This document shows positions 45,401-61,805 of a DNA stretch of 64,000 bases, in pieces (position 1 is the first letter of the stretch; each line of letters starts with the position of its first letter). The notes beneath the pieces were generated by a model. It was not told the DNA's origin and did not search any database. It worked only from the letters and a program-made list of their open reading frames with translations. This DNA comes from Phaeosaccion multiseriatum. Lineage: Eukaryota; Protista; Ochrophyta, other classes. The stretch is taken from NCBI GenBank assembly GCA_965112735.1, contig OZ218961.1, positions 1,364,001 to 1,428,000 of the forward strand, written 5' to 3'. A program made the position numbers and the translations under genes.

Positions 45401-48314
45401 ATGATTTGCTTCTTGGTCTGTTGCATATGCACCTTCTCCCGCACGTAGTGGCTGTACAGGTACTTTTGCATCAGAATCTGAGTCATCGGGGCAAGGGAAA
45501 GACAGACCAGATTGATGCAGCAGGGGGGGGGGGGTAAAGCGTCGCCCGGCACGTCACAGCACAGTAATGCACAGTAGGAGCGACGCAGACAGAAGGAATA
45601 GCAGGAGGTTGGGTGTAATTAGTGTGTGTGTGTGTGAGTAATATTGATAGGGAAGGATAGCGAAGCAGGTCCGGCATTATCAGGAGGTGCTTACATGAGA
45701 CACAAATGACACGTAGAGATAAAAGGGATGGACGGACGGAGGGAGGGAGGGAGGCACCCACGCACCCACCCACCCACCCACCCTCCCACCCACCCACCAC
45801 CCCTCCCACCCACCCTCCAACCCACCCACCCCACTCCCACGCACCCACACGCACCTGATGCTCTCGCTGCTGCTCCCTCGCGTCGAGCACCTGGTCCAGC
45901 AACTGCTGTTGCAACACCTCCACATGCACTCTCATCCTGTTGAGTGTTCGCATCAGGGACGCCTTGGGAGGCTCTCCGCCATCACCATCCCCTTCTCCGT
46001 CGACTCCCACCCCGACCCCGACCGCCGCCGCCCCCACCCCCACACCACCGCCGATGACTCTCTCTCCGCCACTAGAGGCAGCCCCGGCGGTACCCCCTCC
46101 TGCTGTACCACCATCAACGGCAGTAGCAGCAGCAGCAGGACCAGAGGCTGCCGCTCCTGCTGCTGCTGGCGCCGCCTGCACGGAAGACGGACCTCCTTCT
46201 CCGTTGGCTGCCTTCTGCTGCCCTCCTACTCCACCCTCCTCTCCTCCTCCTCCTCCTCCTCCTCCTCCGCCATCGCCCGATCCGGAACCCTCATCGGAGG
46301 AGGCGATGCTCAATGCATCCTCTCTCCTGGAAGAGGAGCCCGAGCCCGACAGCGTCAGAGAGGCAGCTGCGGCTGCAAAAGCGCCCCCAACTCCCTCATT
46401 CGTCCGTGCAAAGAACTTCGGAATGAGTCCATTGGGCAGTGCTTTCCGCTTCTTGCCGTTTGTTTTCCTCCACCGTGTCATGAACGATGACCCAAATCGC
46501 TCGTCCTCGTCTTCCTCCTCCTCCTCTTCCTCCTCCTCGTCTTCGTCCAGATCCAGACCCAGATCCTCGTCCTCCTCATCGTCGTCATCACCACCAGTGA
46601 GCACTATTCCCACTCCTCCAACAACTCTAACCCCCCCCTCGGCTCCTTCTGCTTCTGCTTCTGCTTCCTCTTCGTTCACCCCCCGCCCCTCCCCCTCCAC
46701 TTCCCCCTCCTCCCCCCCACCGTTGGCCCGTCTTCTTCTCATACTGATAGCTGCGGTTCCTCTCCCTGGACCCCCTCTTCCCATCCCTCCCTCCTGAGAG
46801 GTCGACGGCCTCACTATGACGTCTCTCTTTATTAACCTCGACAGCTCACTTTTGCTCATGATTTCTCCGTCGCTCTCCGCACCTGCCCCCCCGCTACTAT
46901 TGTCCTCGCTGCTCTCCTTCTCATCTTCTCTTTCCTCCCCTCCCCTGAGACTGAAACTGTCGTAGTCGCCGGATGATGGCGGGGCGTCGCTTGCAGCAAG
47001 AGGGGTTGATGTTGCTGTTGCTGTTGTTGTTGCTATCAGAGGTAGAGTTTGGCCCGCATCACCAGCCGATTGCCTAAGAAGGGGGGGGGGGGGCGAAAGA
47101 GAGAGATAGAGAGGGAGAGAGGGAGAAGAGAGGGGTTGTGGGAGACAGGAGGGAGGGGGATGAAGAGCGGAACGGAACAAGAGCACTGGAGAAGCATGCA
47201 TAGAAGACCGATACTCTGGGGGCAGGGCGAGCGCTGGGAGGAAGGGCGTTGAGGGAGGCTCTCTCCTTGGGGCGCGTGGGAAAAACAACACCAGGCAACC
47301 CTTCTCTACTAGATAAGACCAGGCAGCCCCGCTCTACCTAACCCTCTATACTAGGTTAGACCATACAAGAGCAGGCAAGGCTTCTCTATTCAGTCGGCTC
47401 GGTCCCTAGAGTCATCTTTAAGGGACTCTGCTCGTGTGTGTGCTGCAGTGAGATTCATTCATCTCCTTACCCGCACATGTGTTTCTCGCTGGCCTCCGGA
47501 GTCGAGAATGGAGCGGTGCTGCTTCCGTCCCTCTCGCCCTCCTTACTCTCCATGTCCATACCCGCCGCCCCTTGTGCTGTTTCCGCTACTGCCTGTCTAG
47601 CCTCCCCCACTGCTGCAAGGCCCGGTGCCGTTTCTCCTCCTCCTGGTGTTGCTGGTGCTACCGGCGGTGGAGTTGGTTTGTCTGTAGGGGCCGAGCGAAT
47701 TTTGCTGTTGCCGCTGGTGCCCTCCCCGCCCCGTCCTCGTTCCACTACATCTCCATGCGTACTACCATTCCTGTCCTCGAAGAATCGGCTCCTCCCGCTG
47801 CGCTTCCTCCGTAACTCGCCCCACCTCCGCGCGGTCGAGCCCCCCACGCTGGCTGTGCTGGCGCTGTTGTCGCTGTTGCTGACGGGTGAGGACAAGGAGG
47901 AGCCCCCCTCACCTTTCAGGAAGCCCCCTCCCTTCCATGACAGGCGGAAGCGACTTCTTTTGGGCTGGGCTGGTAGAGATTTGCTGCTCAAGGAATGAAC
48001 AACAAGGGAAGGGGGGTCAGTTGGGGGGGTGTGAGAAAAGAGGGACGAGCACCGCTCCGCAAGAGCTCGGGACAGTCACCTGAGGTCAGACGTCGATCGA
48101 CCAGACCTCGAAAACATGGGCTCTCTCCGCCCAGAGGCAGGACGCGTCTCACAGCATCCGGAGAGCTTCCATCAAAGGCCGCCGGGGAGAAGGTAGGAGG
48201 AGGTGAGAGGAAGGGGGAACTCAATTCTGATTTCCCTCCCTCTCTTGCTGCTGCTGCTCTATCCCCCCCGTCTACTACTACTGCTTCCAATGGTATTGGG
48301 AAATCGACACACAC
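42430..48314 (-). CDS. Hypothetical low-complexity protein with central coiled-coil exons; multi-exon, boundaries uncertain
   Basis: GT-AG bounded exons (ILMQKYLYSHYVREKVHMQQ.., VRLELMRARHELYQEDLEEHF..) flanked by acidic and Gly/Ala/Gln-rich exons. Confidence 0.5.
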
Positions 48315-48570
48315 AGGCCGTCCAGCAGGCGTCTCGGGTCAACGCAAAGACGAAGGGGCCTCACTCACTACAAAATTATCCCTCCCCCCCCCCACCTGAA
48401 ATTGATGAAATTCCCTGTGGCCTTAAAGTGCCATCGGTGAGAACGTTGGTGATTGGATTGGGGGAAAAAAAAACAAGAGAAGGATGCGTCGATACAAGCA
48501 TCAAAACAGCAGCAGTGGCCCGTAGTAGGTGGCCTGACCATGGTCCCTCCTGCTTAGCGTAATTGTCGCT

Positions 48571-50805
48571 ATGCGGAGAGAAGCAGCAGTCGCTGCTGGC
48601 ATGGCGGAGCGCCAGTCCTCCGCATTCGGCGATGACCCAACTCCTCGCAATGGCAATCTCCTCCGCGTCAATTCCGCCTTTTCACAAGGCCCGCTCGAGA
48701 TTGGGGAGAGCGAGGATGCCCCTCTGATTAGTCAATCCTCTACCACAACCACGAGAACCTACAGGTGTGCAGGTGTGCGGAGACCACTCCTAGACAGATG
48801 GAGGTGCTCAATCCCTTGTGCTGTTGCTCCACGTCCCTTCTCGTGCGTGTTCTCATTGTGTTATCGGCTGCTGTTGATGGTGGTGCTGTATCAGGCGGAA
48901 GCCTTCGATCTTCGTACGAGTGTGCCAAGGCTGCGGCCTCTCGCTCCTCAGCCTCGTGCTGCTCGTGTTAATCATGAGCAAGGTAAGCACGAAAGAGGGG
49001 ATTCAGCCCATGTGGAGAGAGAGAGAGAGGGGGGGGCGGGGGAGAGAGACACACGAGACATACAGAGAGGGAAAGAGAGGCACAAGAGATTGAATGTGCG
49101 TGTGAGAGAAACGAACTGAGAGACCTTCATCCTCTTGGCTGGCACCGCGACGCCCCCCACTGCTAACAAGCCCGTCCCGCCTGTGTATCTCGCCTCTTGT
49201 CTCCTCCCCTTCGGAAGGTGGAGCGTTCTCAAGTGAACGTCGTAAGAGACGAGCTCGTGGAGATGCTCAACGGTGCCACGTACCACCCCCTGCAGGAAGG
49301 CGTGTACGACAAAGAAGCGGCGGGCGCAGAGGGGGAGGTGAGCACGGGGGGAGGTGGCAGAGGGGAGGAGGAGGAGGAGGAGGAGGAGGAGGTGGTGGTG
49401 GTAGTGGTGGTGGTGGTGGTTTTGTTGGTGACTGGTTCGACATGATAACTGAAGTCCAGTAGACTGAGCCTGAAACTGGAATTTCCCCCCTACTCGTTCT
49501 CTTTATTCTCCGTCCATCCCTCCACCTCAGGCATGCCCCTTGGTGTATAGCGTTAAGCCGCAGGGGGGGGGGGGAGGCGCCTTGGTGCAGCTGCCGGAGA
49601 ATCAACTTGTCCTGCTGGGCACCCTGGTCGTGCGTGTGTGCGACTGCGTGTGCACGGTAGAGGAAGGGGAGGGGGAGGAGGAGGAAGAAGAAGAAGATAA
49701 GGAGAAGGAGGAGGAAGAGAAGGAGAAGAAGAAGCCGCACAGGCAACACGGCACTGGTATATCACCACCTCGCCGCCTCTGGAACGGAGGAGGAAGAGGA
49801 AGAGGAAGAGGAGGGAGGGAGTTGCGTGTATGTGAGGGAGCGGAGGGTATGCTGGACGAGATGTTCAGAGGCGCGCATGTCATCGTAGAGGGCGATGGTG
49901 GGTGGTTCTACGACTGGTTCTCTTCCCTCACTAAGGTGGGTTGGTCACTCAGCCCCCGCTCTCGCCCTCTTCTCTCTTCTCCTCTGTCTCTCTGTCTCCC
50001 TGTCTCTCTTCCCTTACTCTCTCTCTCCCTACGCCCCACACAACGCTCGCGTGCCATGAATGCTTTGCTACATTGTTCGATTCTTTTGCATTGCCTACCT
50101 TGCCTTGCCTTGCCCCACCCATACACCTCCACTCTACCCTTGCCCTGCCTACACACTTGTACTCTACTCTGCCCTAACCCATTCACCGCTACTCTGCCTT
50201 GCCTTGCCTTGCCTTGCCCCCCCCCCCCCTCAGGCCTACGAGCGCATCTCCAGCCACGAAACTTTGTTGCCCTCGTACGGTGTGCCCGAGGGACGCGTTC
50301 TGCGCACGCTGCTCACAGGCACGGATCAGTTCGAGGTGAGTTTCGGTTTCAGTTTCAGTGTTTCTGTTTGCAGCTGGGCTAGAAAAGGTCCCACGAAAGT
50401 TCCACTTGGTGTTCGTTCGCATGGCTCCATTTCTGACCATTCATGGGGTCAATGTCGACATCGACATTGACACTGGTTCATTACGAGGTCACCTAAAGTG
50501 AAAGTGGAACGCACAAACCCGTCTCGTCCGCTCAGGACACATGGTTCCAGTTCGAAGGGGCCAATTGGAACCCCTTACGGCACCCGCTGGACAGCCTCAT
50601 CCACATGTTCAACTACGTGGAGTACAAGATGGGAGGTGAGGCGTCGTCATTTGTTGTCGCTTATCTATCCTCTTCCATGATCCCTCTCCCCTTCGTCCCT
50701 CCTTTTTCCTTTCCTTTCTCCTTTCCTAAAGGAGGGCTGGGACTGAAGTAGGTATGGGGTGGGGGTGGATCCGGATTGATCTAGAAACAGAAACAAGTAG
50801 AAAGC

Positions 50806-50836
<31 letters not shown>

Positions 50837-51166
50837 AGACACGTGCCTGGCCTGACCTTGCCCCTGTGGCCCTCCCCCCCCCCCTTCTCACCGCCTGCTC
50901 TTCCCCTGCGTTTGCTACACGTAATCGTACGTAATCTTAGGCCGCCAGATCGGCCCTCTAGGCACTTCTGAGCACACGGACAGAGCCCCAATCCTCACCA
51001 CCTTTGATGGCTGCGTGGGCCGGGGGCGGCTACACGAGGCGGACGAGGCAGATGGAGATGGAGCGGATGGCAGCAAACGGCCTCCTGATGGGGACGAGGC
51101 AGCAGGGCGGGGAAGAGGCGGCGGAAGGGCGCTACAGCAGCGATTTGCCATTCGTCTCTCATCCAG

Positions 51167-51211
<45 letters not shown>

Positions 51212-51317
51212 ACCTATTATTGTAGACAAGGGAGCCTCCCTGCGCGGACAACGGCAGCAGTTGGTGGTACAGCATGAGGAGCTGAGAGGAGCAGGGCCGG
51301 GGTCCGGGGTGGAGTGA
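48571..51317 (+). CDS. Type II membrane protein with an uncharacterised conserved-looking C-terminal domain; multi-exon
   Basis: In-phase splicing gives ..RRKPSIFVRVCQGCGLSLLSLVLLVLIMSK (TM), then MFRGAHVIVEGDGGWFY, YERISSH, DTWFQFEG, HMFNYVEYK, GRQIGPLGTSEHTD. Confidence 0.68.
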
Positions 51318-52056
51318 GCCTCTGGCTACGACTGCTGCTGCTGCTGCTGCTGCTGCTGCTCAACATTACGACTCTTCCCTGTGCCCCACAAGGTGTGAAG
51401 CAGACGAATGTCAAGCAGACCAAGACCCACCTGGGGCGCCAGCTGGGACCTTCCACCACCAACCACGGAAGGAAGGAAAGAAGGAGGAGGAAAAGGAGGG
51501 GGTCCGTGCACGTCCCCGCAACAACAGCACAGCCTCCTCGGCGATGGGCGCTTTTCTGCAGAGCTCGGTCGCTACTACTGCAACGCTGCTCCGGCAAGGA
51601 CGACCGAGTGGTGCGGCTCCGAAGCCCCCCCTTCTTCCCTCGTCTCTCTTAACACCCCCATGGACTGGGATGATATGGTCAGAAGGCCACAACCGGAGAG
51701 CAGGAGAGGAGGCGGTGCAGGAGAACAGGAGGCAGTGGTTACTTGGCCACTCTGAATCCGTGTCGTGCCGTCCGTTCATGGAGATGGAGAGCCCTCTCGC
51801 GCACTCCAATTGGAGGTCCATAGAGAGTCAGTCCTGTCCCACCGCCTCCAATGAGATGGAGAGCCCTCTCGCATGCCTCCAATTGGAGGTCCACTTGGCG
51901 GGCGACGAAGCGGCTGCTGTGCTGGCTAATGCGCTGGCTAGGAGCTAGCTGTGAGGGCTGCTCTGGCGCAAATTCGTTGTGCCCTGTCCGTGTAAATAAG
52001 CGTAGGAGAAAGGACTCCAGCTGGGCTGGGCTGGGCATGGTCGGGGTCTTGAGTCT

Positions 52057-52990
52057 TCAGCTTCCGTCAAGAGGGGAGGGGGCGGAGTTATGTGGCGGCT
52101 GCTGGCTGAGTTCTCCGCGATATTCAGGGGGGGCGAAGCGATGGGGCGGCTGCTGGCTGAGCTCTCCGCTGCTGTTCAGGACGGGCGCTCGACAATTGGG
52201 ACAGACGGCGGAGCGCACGAGCCTGTCGAGTAGAGACACGGGAAAGGAGCAAGCATCTGGTTAGAGAGAGAGGGAGGCAACAGTTCATCGATTTATAATT
52301 TCAATGAATTGAGTTTAACTGACTGACCATTTGCATATGCACGCCTGGTGGAAGGCGTGGCCACACGGCAAGCGTAGTAGGTGCATCAGCTGCCCACGGG
52401 GACTCTGGTGGAGTAGAGACAGGCAAATGGCGCAATCTGACCGCTCTGCATGCGATGGTGAGGCTGCATCCTCCTTCCCTGCTGGTTGTTCTACCAGCTC
52501 GACCAGTTGCACGCAGAGCGTCGCGGGCACCCCCCCATGGTGTTGCACAGCTTCATCTAGACGACCCACCCGAGGAGGGGGCCATGGAGCACCCCCACTC
52601 TCAACGTCCTGCATCGCGGTAAGGCAAGCGTCCGAGTTGAGGGGGGGGGCGAGGGGCAAGGAAGATACAAGGCGGGCTGGTGCGAAACTCACCTCCCAAA
52701 ATGAGTTCCACTCCTCTCGAAGATACGCAGAAATTCCCTCTGCATCGCCTTCCTCGTCTCCCTCTTCACGGTCCAGCTCGTCACCCGTGTAGTCTTCCAT
52801 CGTCTCCCACTCCATCTCCTTCAGTGGAGTGATCGGGGGAGGCAAGAGAGGAAGCGAGTGAGTTGTTGGATGATTTGCCCTACAGAAGAGCGGGAACTGA
52901 ACTCACCGGATCGACGAAGGAAGACATGGGGTAGTACGGTAACCCGGAAAAGTACCTTGTCGCCGGCATCCCGGCCATCATTTCCGTCAT
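52057..52990 (-). CDS. RING-H2 E3 ubiquitin ligase; multi-exon
   Basis: CAICL..LRLPCGHAFHQACICK|WLVRSAVCPNCR across an in-phase intron; ATG 52990. Confidence 0.85.
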
Positions 52991-53117
52991 CCCCTTCTTC
53001 GTTTGGATCAGGGATCAGTTGGGTTGAAGTGAATGAAGGGGGAAGAAAACGGAAACTGAAACTGTAACCGCCATCATCCTGGCTCCAAAGACGTGGACCC
53101 TGTTGGGGGAGAAAAAA

Positions 53118-55211
53118 ATGATCGAGGAGGCCATCGCTTCCTTATCCCCGAACAACAAGAGCAGCGCCAATGGTGGGCGCCGTCGCTCCTCGCTCCTGGA
53201 GTTCTTGAACGAGGAGAAGCAGCAGGAAAATCTTCAAGCAGGAAGGGGAGTCCGAAGGAGATCGTCCGACAGCAGCTCCACCAAGCAGGTACAAATGGAG
53301 GCCATGCTGCGGAGAGTATCGACGCAGGACGTCAATCCCTTGGCAGCTGCGGCAGCCGTGGCGGCGTCTACATCTGCATCAACTCGCAGGGCTTCGGTGG
53401 CGAAAGCGGCAGCAAAAGCAGCGGCAAAGGCAGCAGCAAAAGCAGCAGCAGGAGGAGGAGGAGTAGCAGCAGCAGGAGGAGGAGGAGGAGGAGGCGGCGA
53501 CGATTCGCAGCCACAGGAGGGAGAGAGGGCGACAGAGCACGTACATACTACGCAAGAGGTGTTGAGGAGGGTGTCGACGGGAGGAGGAGGAGACGATTCC
53601 CAGCCCCAGCAACAGGGGGGAGGTATAGTAAAGGCGAAAAAGAACGCAGATATGGAAAATCTGTTGAGGAGGGTGTCCGTCGACATCCGACAGAGCATCT
53701 CAGCAGCTCAGGCGGTGCTTGCAGGCACTACCAGCTACTTGGAAGAGATGGGCTTGACCGAGCAAGAGGTGACGCAGCTCACTCATCCGCAGCAGGAGGA
53801 GGGGGGACTCGGGGCGGCGCAGGAGGACGGGTCGCCCAATCCGCAAACCGACGGTGCAGGAGAGGAGCCGGAGGTCTCCAATAGAAGACGGCGCAGGAGC
53901 AGCAGGAGCGACAGTAGGCGAGGCAGTCGGAGCCGGAGAGACAGTCGGAACAGCAGCAGCAGGAGACGATCGTCGTCGAAAGATGATACCACAACCGGCA
54001 AGAAGTCTGTCGACTCGCAGGGGGGACGTGTGCGCAAGGCCTCAGGAAGGAGCACGACAAGCCCTAGGCCGGAGGAAATTATGAAGCGCTCCACAGACCA
54101 GGAGGAAGAGGAGCACCCGAGGCGGCGTGGCTCTTCCTCCTCGAAGAGACGTGCTTCTGGAGAAGGAAAGGGGAGACAGACTGAGCAGGGGAGGCCCTCA
54201 GCCGGACAGGGAGGGCTAAAGGTAGTTGGTACGGAGAGGAGAGGGAGCAGTAGCCGAGGGGCGGGTGGTGGAGGAGAGGGTGAAGGTGCTGCAGAGAGAG
54301 AGCCGCAGAGAGAGCAGCAGAGAGAGAAACAGCACTTCCGTCAGCCGTCAGAGGAGAGCACGCCCCAAGAGTTTCGGGCAGCAGCAGCAGTAGCAGGAGG
54401 AGGAGGAGGAGGAGGAGGAGGAGGAGCCTCTCACAAGAGCTATGGTTTCCGAAGAGCGCAAGCAGTGGCGCTCGAGAACGAGCGCAATGAGCAGCGCAAG
54501 CGGTCACTTGAGGGAGGGGGGAGATGGGGAAACGGCAAAGACCCGAACATGGAGAACTTCCTGAGGCGTGTGTCAGTAGACCATAGGGCCAACGTGGCGG
54601 CCGCTCAAGCCGCAGCAGCGACAAGCACAACATCACAGCTCATGGAGATGGGTATAGCTGAGGAGCAGGCGAAGGAGCTATTGGCCCAAGTGATAAACAA
54701 GCCTGTTCTTACTACCAAGACTGATGAGGGCGGGGAAGGGGACGGGGGTGGCAACGAGAGGAAGCTTGCGAACAGCCTAGAGGCAGTGGAGACTTTGCAG
54801 TTGGGCGGCAAGAAGGGGGGCAGGGGGGGGCAGCACCAGGAGGAGCAGGAGGACGAGCACCAACACCGGCACCACCACCACCACCACCACCACCACCGCC
54901 AGGAGGGGCAGGGGGGGGTCCAGCACCATCATTCCCACCACCACCACCACCACCACCAGCAGCAGCAGCAGCAACAGCAGCAGCAGAACCGCGAGGAGGA
55001 GCAGGACGAGGATGATGACCGCCACCGCCACCACCACCACCACCGCCACCACCACCACGACGAGCAGCAGAAGGAGCAGAAGGAGCAGGAGGAGCAGCAC
55101 GAGCAGGAACCGCACAGGCCCCGAGCTCCGCACCCCTCCGCGACAGGAGGGTGTCGAAAGTTGAGGCTTCGCAAGGGCTCTACGGGAGAGAGTGGGCCTA
55201 TAGAGGAATAG
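53118..55211 (+). CDS. Low-complexity protein with repeated LRRVS motifs and His/Gln tracts
   Basis: ~700-codon open frame; four LRRVS repeats, two followed by LxEMG segments. Confidence 0.6.
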   Translation: MIEEAIASLSPNNKSSANGGRRRSSLLEFLNEEKQQENLQAGRGVRRRSSDSSSTKQVQMEAMLRRVSTQDVNPLAAAAAVAASTSASTRRASVAKAAAKAAAKAAAKAAAGGGGVAAAGGGGGGGGDDSQPQEGERATEHVHTTQEVLRRVSTGGGGDDSQPQQQGGGIVKAKKNADMENLLRRVSVDIRQSISAAQAVLAGTTSYLEEMGLTEQEVTQLTHPQQEEGGLGAAQEDGSPNPQTDGAGEEPEVSNRRRRRSSRSDSRRGSRSRRDSRNSSSRRRSSSKDDTTTGKKSVDSQGGRVRKASGRSTTSPRPEEIMKRSTDQEEEEHPRRRGSSSSKRRASGEGKGRQTEQGRPSAGQGGLKVVGTERRGSSSRGAGGGGEGEGAAEREPQREQQREKQHFRQPSEESTPQEFRAAAAVAGGGGGGGGGGASHKSYGFRRAQAVALENERNEQRKRSLEGGGRWGNGKDPNMENFLRRVSVDHRANVAAAQAAAATSTTSQLMEMGIAEEQAKELLAQVINKPVLTTKTDEGGEGDGGGNERKLANSLEAVETLQLGGKKGGRGGQHQEEQEDEHQHRHHHHHHHHHRQEGQGGVQHHHSHHHHHHHQQQQQQQQQQNREEEQDEDDDRHRHHHHHRHHHHDEQQKEQKEQEEQHEQEPHRPRAPHPSATGGCRKLRLRKGSTGESGPIEE

Positions 55212-55859
55212 AGCAACGAGGGAGGGTGAAGGCAGCGGGCGTCAGTTTCAGGTTCAGTTGATTGGCTGGAGCCCTCCTGATCAAACGAACAAAAGAACCG
55301 ATCCTGCCAGCCATCTTGGATCCATCATTCTCCCGACGGGGGACGGGAGAGGGCCGCAGCCGAGGGAAGCCTGCAGTTTTGTAGAAAGTAGCCTACGCAT
55401 GTGGTGCTGTGGAAAGACGGACATGGTCTGTGACAATCGATGACAAGGCGCCCGAAAAGTCTCCACAGGTAGCAAAGAAAACTACTGCGACTTTAACCCC
55501 CGGAATAAAAGATGTTGGCAGTACTCGTGGTACCAGCTTTGTACCCAGTACCGCAAGATCAGCCTGGCGGCCAGTTCCCAGCTTGCTTGCTTCGTTTGCT
55601 CATTGGGTTTGGGTTTTTTCGATTTAACTTTTTAAGTTTCAGTTTTTTTCCCTTACGTCTCTGCTGCTCTGCACACCTGTTCGCCTACGTCTGGGCCATT
55701 GACTTCTTGATTATTATTTCCTGTTTTGACGTCAGTGGGGCTGCCGAATACGATTCGTCTCATCGGGTGCCATCAAAACCGAAGTAAATCCGCACAATCC
55801 GGAATAAATGATGATTTCATCCGTGTGAATGATTGCATGCACAACACACGCTGATTCTT

Positions 55860-59259
<3,400 letters not shown>

Positions 59260-59411
59260 TCTGATTTGATGGTCTCATTGCAAGTGGGGCGGCGTGGCTG
59301 CCTTTGCAAATAGATTGATAGATACACAGACAGCGACTGGGAGGGGGGCATGCATGGAATCCGACACCCTAGTGAGTGAGTGAGTGAGTGAGTGAGTGAG
59401 TGAGTGAATGA

Positions 59412-59454
<43 letters not shown>

Positions 59455-60176
59455 GCACAGTTCCCACCAAGAGGGATTCCAAAGTACGCCAGTCACTCTC
59501 TGCCATACACCACGTATGTACGTAACCTTTGTTTACATATGCTTATGCGTATGTGTCAGAGGGTCAGGATGGGCCCTGCCACACGCATACTACCAATGTC
59601 GTATGCTTGGCTAAATATTTCCCCCTTTATCCACGCATACTACCAATGTCGTATGCTTGGCTGGAAAGGAAGGAACATATTTTTTTTAATTTCAAAAAAC
59701 GTTATAATTTGAAGTGAAATCGGAGCACTCAGCAACACACGCACCATCCCGGCAGGGTATGTAGATACGTACCACACACACACACACACACACCGTAGTT
59801 GCGCCTCCAAACTCGCATTGCGCCGCTCTATCTAATTCGTTGCGGCCTCCTCCTCCTCCTCCTCCTCCTCCTCCTCCTCCTCCTCCTCCTCCTCTCTATT
59901 TCTCTCCTCTCCCCGGGTGGTTGGGGGGTTGGGGTTGTCGTGCACACTTCCTTCCTTCCGCAGTGCATAGTGCTGCCTTCCACGGACGGGCAACAGTCAA
60001 CGGCCACTCAGTCCTCCAGTCGTCTGTCTCCTTCCCCCCCCCCCCCTCCTTCCCTATGTACGCACTACTTACTCTAGGGAGGAGTCATTCCCCTATCCTA
60101 CCCACCCACTGCTTGCTCCAGAGAAGGATCAAAGTCTCTCCCTATCCAGTGACTATCCAGAGAGGAGTCTCACTAC

Positions 60177-60936
60177 TTACTCCAGAGAGGGGTCCACGTC
60201 CTCAAGAATCTCCCTGTCGCCGGGCTCGTACGTTGGGGGCGGCAGACGCACCTCATCTACCAAACCAAGGGGCATGCGCACTTGGCGACCGTCCTGCGTG
60301 ATCACCAACTCGTCAAGCGTGCGCTCCAGCAGCCTACCCTCCAGTTTACGCTTGTTCTTAAAAGGCCCCCCTGCCGTGACGATGACATCAAAGCCTTTGA
60401 AGGCCACAAACTCCCTCGCCGTGGTGAGAATGTCCTTGGAACCAGGTGTGGCGATGATGAGTTCGAATCGTTTGAGGATACCGAGCTCGTCGTCCACCTC
60501 CTCCAAAGCAGCGTTGACCGCTCGGATGGCCGACATGAGGTTACTGCTCTCCACGTAGCCGGCCTCTGCGTCTGAGGGGTCCAGTCCGCCGCGAGTGACC
60601 GTTACTTCGAGCTTGTGGAAGGACCACATGATGTCATAGCAGTTCAAGTCACATTGCTCCACCTCCCGGCGGATAATGTCCTCGGCCTTGAGTCGCCAGG
60701 GGGCGTCAGGTCCGTCGGCCGCGTTTCCCTCCGGCCCCACCACCTCCGGCCATTCGTTGGGATCGGTCTTTGGAGGAGGTTCGAGGCCCTGCTCAATCCA
60801 TGGGTTGTAGCCGCCAATGTGGTCGCCGTATTGGTCGACTTTGACAGTGCGGATTTTGGGGTTGTCTTTGATGAATTTGTCGAAGAACTCCGCCTTCTTC
60901 TCCTCTCCTGTGGCGGGAGTATCGTCTTCCTCGCCC

Positions 60937-60972
<36 letters not shown>

Positions 60973-61610
60973 CATCGGTAGAGAGAGAGCGAAAGGTCAG
61001 GTAGTCGCTAGGGAAACTGCTGCTATCTTCGAGAGGTGAGATGAACTGCATAAGCTATGCAGCGAACGTCAATCCGCAGAGAGACGCGACGTTGCGCTTG
61101 GTAGGAATGTGGGTCAACGATGGGCTCTCTCTCCCCCTCTCTCATCCCTCCCCCCTTAATCACTCATTCCTGTGGTGCGTCTGCGCCCCTCTCCCTTCCT
61201 CTCTCCCTCCCTTCCCAGCTACACGCTCCTCTCAGAGAGAGGGAACACCACACCCGCTCGCCCACTCTCACCAGCTCGTCGAAGATGTCGTCCAAGTCGT
61301 CCAGATCATCGTCGGGATCAACCTCCTCCACCTCCTCCTCCTGGTCTCCGAAAATCTTGCCCACTTGCAGCCTGCTTCTGCTCCGTCTTGACACTCCCCC
61401 AGTCCCACCACCGAACCTCAGACCTTCAGGGTGCTGCTGCTTCTGGCGCTCTGAAGCTGCTACTGCTGCTGGCCTCACGCTGCTGCTGCTGCTGGTGCTG
61501 CAGCTGCCGCTGCGCCGAAGGTAGCAGCTGGGGCATGTGGGCCCTGCTGCGAACCCGTCCGTTCCACTGCTGCTGAGCGCAGCCACTACTGCAACTACGA
61601 GCAGTCTCAT
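60177..61610 (-). CDS. rimP: Ribosome maturation factor RimP, predicted plastid-targeted; 2 exons
   Basis: Signal peptide MRLLVVAVVAALSSSGTDG-F. RimP motifs RFELIIATPGSKDILTTAREFVAFKGFDVIV..LEGRLL..GRQVRMPLGLVDEVRL. Confidence 0.85.
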
Positions 61611-61805
61611 TACAACTACTACTGCTACGCTGTACGTCTCCCTCCTTCTTCTTCCTTGCTGCTGCTACGCTGTAACAATACCGACGACTTGTCGTCTGTG
61701 GACGAGATCCGACAGAATTGATTTGGGTGCCATCCCATCTGCTTGGGTTTGGTTTTACTCTTAGGAGGCTCGTACCATAACATAGCAGCCCGCAGAGACA
61801 ATGGA

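Noticed and set aside
51411-52038. Overlapping short ORFs with a ~40-bp internal duplication (51781/51853)
   Set aside because: Could not determine strand or splice structure; no recognisable domain.
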